Below are positions 46,486 to 52,943 of a stretch of 64,000 bases of DNA, one piece after another (within the stretch, counting starts at the first letter, position 1; every line of letters begins with the position of its first letter). Origin of the DNA: an uncultured candidatus Brocadiaceae bacterium (GTDB taxonomy: Bacteria > Planctomycetota > Brocadiia > SM23-32); assembly GCA_964448935.1 (NCBI GenBank), contig CAYVBE010000002.1:3594-67593 (forward strand), in the 5' to 3' direction. The notes beneath the pieces are model-generated. The model ran no database searches. It was given only the letters and a program-made list of their open reading frames with translations, and was not told the origin of the DNA. Both the position numbers and the translations under genes were made by a program.

Positions 46486-48498
46486 TCAACGCTCAATGCG
46501 GCCGGAAACCCGTTCCAGCGTCCGCTCTTCGCCCGTCGGCAGCGAGGAGGCGTCCTCGCCGTTGACAGCCTTCAACCGCCACTCCCCGCCGGAGGGCTCG
46601 AACATCACGGTGTCCTCACCTGCCTCGCCGGATACGGTAAGAGTGCCACGGTGGAAGCTGACCCGTGGCGGCGCGGCGTCGGACGGGGTGGGATAGAGCA
46701 CGGTTACGATGGCCGTCCGGCGGACGGGCGAATCGGGGCTGATGCGGAGCATTTGCATGCGCGTTCTTCCCCTCTTGAGGGGCACGTCCGCGGATTGCGC
46801 TTGGAGCCGGGCGTCCGCCGGGGCGGCGGCTATCACGTGCAGGTCCGCCGCAGAGCCGTGGATAGTGGCCCTCCGGGAGTCGGAGTGCGCCTCGGCCGGT
46901 AGCCGGCTCTGCAGCCGCCACTCGAAGCTCCCCGCGTCCTCCGCCTCCAGATCGTCCAGCAGCACCAGATACCTGCCCTCCACCATCAGGACGTGCCGCA
47001 CAAAGCGGGTCAACCCGGAGTCCGGGTAGCATTCGGAGAGGTCGGAGGCCAGGTAGGCGAAGCCCTCGCCCTGCGCGAACCGCCGGTAGCGGGCGCCCAC
47101 GCCGCGGGGCTGCCCCTCGCCGTTGGCCAGCACGGTGGAATGGTCCCGGGTCCGGTTGGCTCCGTAGCCGGGGTCGCTGACGAACCGCTCTCCGGCAGCC
47201 ACCAGCACGAACGTACCGAGGTCACGGTTGTAGTGCGATCGGTTGCTCGTCCAGCCGCCGTTGTAGGCGAACCACAACTGCGGCGACTGGAATATGGCGT
47301 GGCCGGCACCACGGAACAGCACGGCCTCCTGCAAGGGCGGCTTCGGCCCCGCCGGGGGAGCGTCGCGGCGCCAGAGGAAGTAGAACGGCGAGGTGCCGCG
47401 CCAGTAGAACTTGTCCGCCCCCCTGTCCGCGCCCCACAGCAGCAACGGGTCACCTCCGGGAACCGCCGACTCGAACAGCGCGCACAGACAGCTCCGGGGC
47501 CCGCCCTCCAGCGCGCGGTGGTCCTCCCCGTACAGCCCGCTGAAGGTTCGCTCGCTCATGTCATTGAAGTTAGCGTAGCGCAGGTCGGGCGCCTGCATGT
47601 AGATGTCCCAGTAGCCGGCCATCTTGCGCCTGTATTCCTCGCGAAGGCCGTCCTCGCCGTAGAACCGCGCGGCGGCGGTGGCCAAGTAATTGCCGAAGGT
47701 CACCCCGTAGCGCCAGTACATCACGCCCTCATGCCCTCCCCCGTCGTCCAGGATGACGCTCCGGAGGAAACGGCGCACGTGGTCGCGGCTCAGGTCGGCC
47801 GCGCGCGCCGCCTCGGGCGACTCGTGGTAAAGCGCCAGCGCCGCCAGGCCGCAGCCCCCGTGGCAGACGCCGCACCAGTTGGTCACCGGGTTGTCCACCC
47901 ACCAGTCGTGGACCTCCTCGACCGAGTGCAGGTAGACCCGGACGGATTTTTCCAGAACGCCCTCGCGGATCGTGCGCCGTTGCTGCTCGTCCAGCAGGTC
48001 GTGGCACCAGTCATAAACAAGTGCCGCCGCCACGCTGAGTTCCGCAGTATTCAGGTCCGCGCCGCGGTTCCACGACCGGCTGACGTGCCACCCGTCCGAC
48101 TGCAGCAGGGCCAGAAGCTCCTCCCGCGCGCGCACGCCGAAGCGTCGGTCGCCGGTCACCACGTAGGCAAAGGCCGTCGTGCCCGCGACCCCAAGGGAGT
48201 AGCGGGACCGCGAAACCGCCTGGCCGGCCCGGGGAGCGCCCTGCCCAAGGCAACGCTCCGCATGGGCCAGAAAGCCCCGCCAGCGCGTCGCGAACGGCTC
48301 CCGCTCCATCCGTGCCCGCAGAGCCGCCACGTCCTGCGCCGAGAAGAACAGATACGGATGCGCCGGCTCCACCGCAGCCACAGCAGCCGGGGACACCGCA
48401 CACAACACCGCCAGCAGCAGAAGCACAGCGATAGCCGCACGGTGCAAATCACGGGAGAAGGCGCACGAACTCGTGCCTCGAATGATGGGATCGGACAT
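46486..48498 (-). CDS. Heparinase II/III-like polysaccharide lyase family protein (secreted)
   Basis: N-terminal hydrophobic signal, HPYLFFSAQDVAALRARM opening typical of alginate-lyase/heparinase II-III N-domains, and ...HYNRDLGTFVLVAAGERFVSDPGY...DHSTVLANGEGQ core. GAGGTGA SD. Confidence 0.8.
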   Translation of the reverse strand: MSDPIIRGTSSCAFSRDLHRAAIAVLLLLAVLCAVSPAAVAAVEPAHPYLFFSAQDVAALRARMEREPFATRWRGFLAHAERCLGQGAPRAGQAVSRSRYSLGVAGTTAFAYVVTGDRRFGVRAREELLALLQSDGWHVSRSWNRGADLNTAELSVAAALVYDWCHDLLDEQQRRTIREGVLEKSVRVYLHSVEEVHDWWVDNPVTNWCGVCHGGCGLAALALYHESPEAARAADLSRDHVRRFLRSVILDDGGGHEGVMYWRYGVTFGNYLATAAARFYGEDGLREEYRRKMAGYWDIYMQAPDLRYANFNDMSERTFSGLYGEDHRALEGGPRSCLCALFESAVPGGDPLLLWGADRGADKFYWRGTSPFYFLWRRDAPPAGPKPPLQEAVLFRGAGHAIFQSPQLWFAYNGGWTSNRSHYNRDLGTFVLVAAGERFVSDPGYGANRTRDHSTVLANGEGQPRGVGARYRRFAQGEGFAYLASDLSECYPDSGLTRFVRHVLMVEGRYLVLLDDLEAEDAGSFEWRLQSRLPAEAHSDSRRATIHGSAADLHVIAAAPADARLQAQSADVPLKRGRTRMQMLRISPDSPVRRTAIVTVLYPTPSDAAPPRVSFHRGTLTVSGEAGEDTVMFEPSGGEWRLKAVNGEDASSLPTGEERTLERVSGRIER

Positions 48499-48641
48499 CG
48501 TTCACCTCAAGATCGGTATGGTGTCAGTCATCAGTGGGTCCGACGCTCCCAGGGCTGTGCCAGGAGTTCGACCACAGCAGTGTACGCCGACCGCGCGAAT
48601 CACTCAAGGAGAGGCGTGAGCGGCGCCGCACCCACGGACAC

Positions 48642-48669
48642 TTGACAACACCGCAGGCGTGTTTATCAT
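48642..48669 (+). promoter_or_regulatory. Orphan consensus-like promoter (TTGACA-16 nt-TATCAT) with no downstream protein gene
   Basis: -35 TTGACA at 48642-48647 and -10 TATCAT at 48664-48669. Divergent from the heparinase-like gene. Confidence 0.5.
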
Positions 48670-48675
48670 TGACGT

Positions 48676-48820
48676 AGAGCCGGAGCGATCGAGCACGGGT
48701 CCAGATACCAGGTATGAGACTGAGAAAACCTGGGGCGTCAGGACAACACCTTTAAAAGGTTCTCAATCCGGCAACGCCGGAGCGCCTGTCTCCTTGTGAC
48801 GTTCGCTCCGGCCTTTTCTC
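48676..48820 (+). ncRNA. Candidate ~145-nt small RNA / leader (boundaries inferred from promoter and hairpin)
   Basis: Bounded by the promoter above and a GC-rich hairpin followed by CTTTTCTC. Contains an internal hairpin CCAGGT(48708-13)/ACCTGG(48728-33). The 9-mer GCCGGAGCG occurs twice (48679-87 and 48776-84), with one complement CGCTCCGGC at 48804-12. Only a 13-codon ORF is present (48714-48755). Confidence 0.3.
48776..48820 (+). terminator. Terminator-like hairpin (9-bp GC stem, 19-nt loop, T-rich tail)
   Basis: GCCGGAGCG ... CGCTCCGGC followed by CTTTTCTC. The loop is large and the U-tract weak, so confidence is moderate to low. Confidence 0.35.
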
Positions 48821-49046
48821 ATATGGGCCCCCGTTCGTTACACCGCAAAGGCGCGGAGGGCGGCGGAACCGACAAAGGGCAAGACGGTACGCGACGCGGG
48901 ACGGCTTGAGCAAGAGCAGCGACGCGCCGGGTGGGCCGGGGACGGCAGAAAGGGAGACCGGATTGATCAAGTGATCAGTTGAGCAAGTGACCGCCGGCAG
49001 CGGTGCGGGCAGCTGGTCGGTTGTGCAGGCTTCGGTGCGATACAGC

Positions 49047-49375
49047 CTAATCGGGCTGCTTCAGCCAGATCTCCGGCTCACCTGCTCTACCACTTTTTCT
49101 GCCGAGGCGTACGGGCCGAATCGCACAGGTGAGTATGGATGTGTCGGAAAGGGAAAGGCCAAAACGCCCGCTTTGGTCCTCGACGACAAAGCAGGCCACG
49201 TCCAGGATTAATTGCCCCTTCTGCGCGCCGATCATGTAGCGCGGGACCTCTTCCTCGAGGCTCTCATGGCACAGCTCCCAGTAGAGTTCGCGGTCGCTTC
49301 ATCCACTCGCTCCCGCAGCCGCTCGATGCGGCGCTTCCGCTCCTCGCGCTCCTCGTCCCGATCCTCGTCCGCCAC
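49047..49375 (-). pseudogene. Possible degraded transposase remnant (DDE_3/IS630-like flavour), frameshifted
   Basis: Minus-strand fragments run ...DEDRDEEREERKRRIERLRERVDE, then a frame shift, then DRELYWELCHESLEEEVPRYMIGAQKGQLILDVACFVVEDQSGRFGLS... The V(V/F)xDQ/E-S/A-G/RFG pattern resembles the first catalytic-Asp region of IS630-type transposases. Strong SD GGAGTGAGGAGG lies upstream. There is no intact ORF, and I found no terminal inverted repeats. Confidence 0.3.
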
Positions 49376-49581
49376 AGGTGTGCCTCCTCACTCCTCGGCC
49401 CTGGAATGAAACGCAACCGCCCCACCTAATGCACCCTATGTCCTTCCCTTAAACAGACTTAGGGGGATTTCGTCGGCGATCCGTTACTCTTCCACATGTG
49501 CGGTATCATGACCGCGGCTGCGTCTGGCGGCACCGCAGGAGCGCCCTTCTCACCCTGTCACTGCCCTTCGGGATTTCCGCT

Positions 49582-50439
49582 TCATTCCGTGGGAGCGGGC
49601 ATGGGGCGAGGCGTTGTGTCGGCCTCGAGATCGCCGAGGGCGAACTGGATTCCGGCGAGCATGTGCGCCAGCACGGGAGGGTTCCAGAAAATGTGCGGGT
49701 TGTGGCCAAGAGACGTGTAGAAAACGCGGCCCTGCTCTTCGCGCCGGACCCAACTGATCGCGATATCTGAATCCGCCCGACGCTCGGGCAGAATCCGGCG
49801 GTCAGGACCGAACGGTGTCTTGTTTTGATTGATGCGCAGGAGCACACGCAGCCGCTCGCGCGAGTAGTGCTCCTTCATCTGGAAGACCTCGTCCTGGATC
49901 TCGAAGTCCTCGCCCTCGAAAGCGGCGTTGAGCGGGTGGTCGGGGTCCTCGGGAGTCAGCACGATGGTTTCATCCGCTCCCCATGGGTGACCGCCGTTCT
50001 CGTAGCCGCCGAGCATCTTCCCAAACTCCGGGAACTGATCGTACCGCGGATACTGGCAGAATGTTGCTGCGGCCGCGTGCAGCCCGACGAAACCGCCCCC
50101 TTGCCTGACAAACCGGAGCAACGAATCCTGCAGTTCCGGGTCCTCCGTCAGGACGCCCGTCGTGTTGTTGAAACAGACCGCATCGAAAAATGAGAGGTTT
50201 TCCTCGGCCAGCATGGACGGGGCGTCGCTGTAGAAGGCCGTATAGACGCCGGTAGCCCGGCCCATCTGCTGGATCGCGAAGTTCCCGGCCTCTATGGACC
50301 TGTGGCCGTTGCGCGTTTCTCCGTCGCGAATGTTCAGGTTCGTTACCAGGAGTCTTCGCCGCTGCTCCGGCTTCGCGGGCGCTTGCTGCGGCAGGGCGTC
50401 GAGAATCAACCGGCGCTCTTCCGTCTCCAGTCGGTGCAT
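49582..50439 (-). CDS. ThuA domain protein (trehalose-utilisation-like, class I glutamine amidotransferase-like fold)
   Basis: FDAVCFNNTTG...RFVRQGGGFVGLHAAAATF...DHPLNAAF...FEIQDEVFQM...WVRREEQGRVFYTSLGHN. Confidence 0.9.
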   Translation of the reverse strand: MHRLETEERRLILDALPQQAPAKPEQRRRLLVTNLNIRDGETRNGHRSIEAGNFAIQQMGRATGVYTAFYSDAPSMLAEENLSFFDAVCFNNTTGVLTEDPELQDSLLRFVRQGGGFVGLHAAAATFCQYPRYDQFPEFGKMLGGYENGGHPWGADETIVLTPEDPDHPLNAAFEGEDFEIQDEVFQMKEHYSRERLRVLLRINQNKTPFGPDRRILPERRADSDIAISWVRREEQGRVFYTSLGHNPHIFWNPPVLAHMLAGIQFALGDLEADTTPRPMPAPTE

Positions 50440-50457
50440 GTCGCTTGACCTTTCTTG

Positions 50458-51582
50458 CTACGCTTGCTTTGTGCATGTTTGCGCGGAACGGGTGGTTTCG
50501 GTGCCGGCAAGGCCCAGTTCTACGGCCAGGGGGTAGTTTTCCTGGGCGACCGGTCGGCGGACGATGGTTCTGGTCCGCGCGGACTCGTATGCTCCCATGA
50601 GCAGCTCGAATCCCCGCATGGCGTACGGTGCGCCCATGGGATGCTCGCTGTCGGGCTTTCCTTCATTCACAAGTTCAACCGTGCGGGCATATGCCTCGCG
50701 CAAGAGATCCCGGCGTGAGCGCACGCCGGCAACGCTTTCCCAACCGCCGGCCGTTCGCCGGAAGAGGTTATGCTCTCCACGGTCGCCGCTTCGCCAGAAG
50801 GAGCCCTCCGTGCCAATCACTTCAATGTCATGGTATGGCCGCCCGGGCTGACTCAGGTCGCCGGTCAGGAGTTCCACGCGGAGTCCGCTCTCCATCTCGA
50901 CGATAGCCATCATGCCGTCTTCGACGGGGTGCCCGAACCTCCAGCCCGATACCTTGTCGTAGCCGCCGCCGTTCTCTTTGCCGGTTCCGCCCGTCTCGTC
51001 ACCTCTCGGAGTCCGGTGGTGGGCGGCAAACACCCAGTCCCACTCCGCGTCTCCGGTAAGGTAGAGCACGGAATCAACCAGGTGCGTGCCGTCGCTCAGC
51101 ATGTCGCCAGCGCAAGTGCCGCGGATCAGGTATACGTCGCCCACTGTGCCCGCCTCGATCTGCTCTCGCATCCAGGCGAAGTCCGGTCCGGTCCTCCGCT
51201 GGTGATTGAAAATGAGGGGAACGCCCGCCGCGCGACACTCGTCCACCATCCGCCGCGCTTCCCCCAGATCAACCGCGATGGGTTTCTCGCAGTAGATGGC
51301 GCGCGCGCCGGCTTCCAGCGCGGTGAGCGTCATCTCGCAGTGCAATCTGTTTGGTGTTGCAATCCCTACGATTTCCGGTTCGGTCTCACGAAGCATGGCG
51401 GCGTAGTCCGTGTACGGGATCGGAGGTCCGCCCGCACCGGCACTCGTAGCGCACTGCACACTCACCTTGTCAGCGAGCGCCTCGTCCAGGTCACAGACCG
51501 CAGCCAGGTGAACATTCGGGAGCGACGCGAGGCACTTCGCGTGGTACGCTCCCATCCTCAGTCCGACAACTGCTGCCTTCAT
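50458..51582 (-). CDS. Gfo/Idh/MocA family oxidoreductase
   Basis: MKAAVVGLRMGAYH..., IYCEKPIA motif. ATG 51582 replaces the over-extended track start 51660. Confidence 0.85.
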   Translation of the reverse strand: MKAAVVGLRMGAYHAKCLASLPNVHLAAVCDLDEALADKVSVQCATSAGAGGPPIPYTDYAAMLRETEPEIVGIATPNRLHCEMTLTALEAGARAIYCEKPIAVDLGEARRMVDECRAAGVPLIFNHQRRTGPDFAWMREQIEAGTVGDVYLIRGTCAGDMLSDGTHLVDSVLYLTGDAEWDWVFAAHHRTPRGDETGGTGKENGGGYDKVSGWRFGHPVEDGMMAIVEMESGLRVELLTGDLSQPGRPYHDIEVIGTEGSFWRSGDRGEHNLFRRTAGGWESVAGVRSRRDLLREAYARTVELVNEGKPDSEHPMGAPYAMRGFELLMGAYESARTRTIVRRPVAQENYPLAVELGLAGTETTRSAQTCTKQA

Positions 51583-51731
51583 GGTGTCTGCCTTGCTCAC
51601 GCTGCTCGGAATCTCCGATCTGCGGTAAGAGATGGTCGCTGACGACCTCCACTGCTTCATGTAGCTCGCCGGTCACAAGTTCCGACGAAGAATGTCTGGT
51701 TCCCTTGTCCCGACAGGATGGCTGCGGGCAC

Positions 51732-52787
51732 TCACCCGGCGGGGCCCGTGCTCTGACGCGGGACGAAACGGGACGGCACCGTTCGGACGGTTTTTCGGGC
51801 CTCTTCGGTGGAAAGTTCGTTCCCGGCGATATCCAGTGCCAGCCGGGTGGCGGCGGCCCCCAGGCGCCTGAACTCGAAACTCACCGTGCTCAGAGGCGGC
51901 AGCGCGCAGTCTGCCACGTGATTGTCGAAGCCCACAACGCTCAGGTCCTTCGGCACTCTAACCCCCCGCTCTTGCAGCACCCCGTAGAGCCCCAGCGCGA
52001 GCGGGTCGTTCCAGCACATCGCCGCCGTTCCCGGCAGCGGGTCGGGCAGCTCCCGCTCCAGCGCTCGCCGCCATCCCTCGATCTCCGCGCTTATGCACCT
52101 CTCACCGGATATCTGGTCGGGCCGCACCTTCACCACCTTCATTGTCGCGCCCATTTCCCCGGCGGCTTCCCGGACAATCGGCAGCCGGTCGCCGCCCTTT
52201 GACTTCTCGCGCCATCCCGGCCCGATCCACACGATGTCCCGGTGGCCCAGCTCCACCAGGTGAGCCACGGCGTCGCGGAGCCCGGGTGCGGCGTCCAGGT
52301 CCACACGGGGCACATCCTCCAGCGGGCAGAAGTGCACCACCACCGGCGGCGCCGGGGCGTCCTGCCATGCCTTCTCGCCCTGGTTTCCCGGCGGCCCGCC
52401 CAGCGCGATGAGGGCGTCCACGCGCCCCTGCCGCAGGTAGCGCAGGCCGGCCAGGTCCCGGTCTCGCTCGCCGCTTATCAGCAGCACGTCGTAGCCGGCT
52501 TTCAGGGCTTCGGACTCGACCCCCTCGGCCACCAGACTCCAGAAGGGACTGACGTCTGCCGACGGCCCGCCCACGAGCAGTCCCAGCGTCATGGACTTGC
52601 CGGACACCAGTGTCCGCGCCGCGTGGCTCGGCGTATAGCCCAGCTCACGGGCGGCTTTCTTCACGCGCCGGACGACCTGGTCGGTGATCTTCAGCTCCTC
52701 GGCGCGGCCGTTCAGCACGTAGCTGACCGTCGCCCGCGTCACCCCGGCCTGCTCCGCAACCTCCTGTTGCGTGACTCTCATAAGCAC
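51732..52787 (-). CDS. LacI family transcriptional regulator
   Basis: N-terminal HTH VTQQEVAEQAGVTRATVSYVLNGR...VRRVKKAARELGYTPSHAARTL followed by a periplasmic-binding-protein-like sugar-binding fold. GTG 52787 has GGAG 5 nt upstream; ATG 52781 is an alternative. Confidence 0.9.
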   Translation of the reverse strand: MLMRVTQQEVAEQAGVTRATVSYVLNGRAEELKITDQVVRRVKKAARELGYTPSHAARTLVSGKSMTLGLLVGGPSADVSPFWSLVAEGVESEALKAGYDVLLISGERDRDLAGLRYLRQGRVDALIALGGPPGNQGEKAWQDAPAPPVVVHFCPLEDVPRVDLDAAPGLRDAVAHLVELGHRDIVWIGPGWREKSKGGDRLPIVREAAGEMGATMKVVKVRPDQISGERCISAEIEGWRRALERELPDPLPGTAAMCWNDPLALGLYGVLQERGVRVPKDLSVVGFDNHVADCALPPLSTVSFEFRRLGAAATRLALDIAGNELSTEEARKTVRTVPSRFVPRQSTGPAG

Positions 52788-52813
52788 CTGTGCTCCAAAA
52801 TGATGACACGGGT

Positions 52814-52842
52814 AAGTTAGCCCTGAACCGTCCGCCTGTCAA
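52814..52842 (-). promoter_or_regulatory. Candidate promoter of the lacI-family gene (minus strand TTGACA-17 nt-TAACTT)
   Basis: The reverse complement of 52837-52842 is TTGACA and of 52814-52819 is TAACTT. Confidence 0.45.
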
Positions 52843-52943
52843 CCATACGGACACCCGGCATCGCGTGTAGGGGGCACGCAGAGGCACCGGCGAGCGCCAC
52901 GAAGGCCCTCCTTCAACCCATTCACAACGCCACGGTTCTACGG

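Noticed and set aside
46993-48645. 550-aa plus-strand ORF
   Set aside because: It is antisense to the heparinase II/III-like gene, which has a good SD, a signal peptide and the family core.
51660-51677. TGTAGCTCGCCGGTCACA as a LacI-family operator upstream of the Gfo/ThuA genes
   Set aside because: Only the TGT...ACA ends are symmetric (5 of 9 half-site matches), which is too weak to call.
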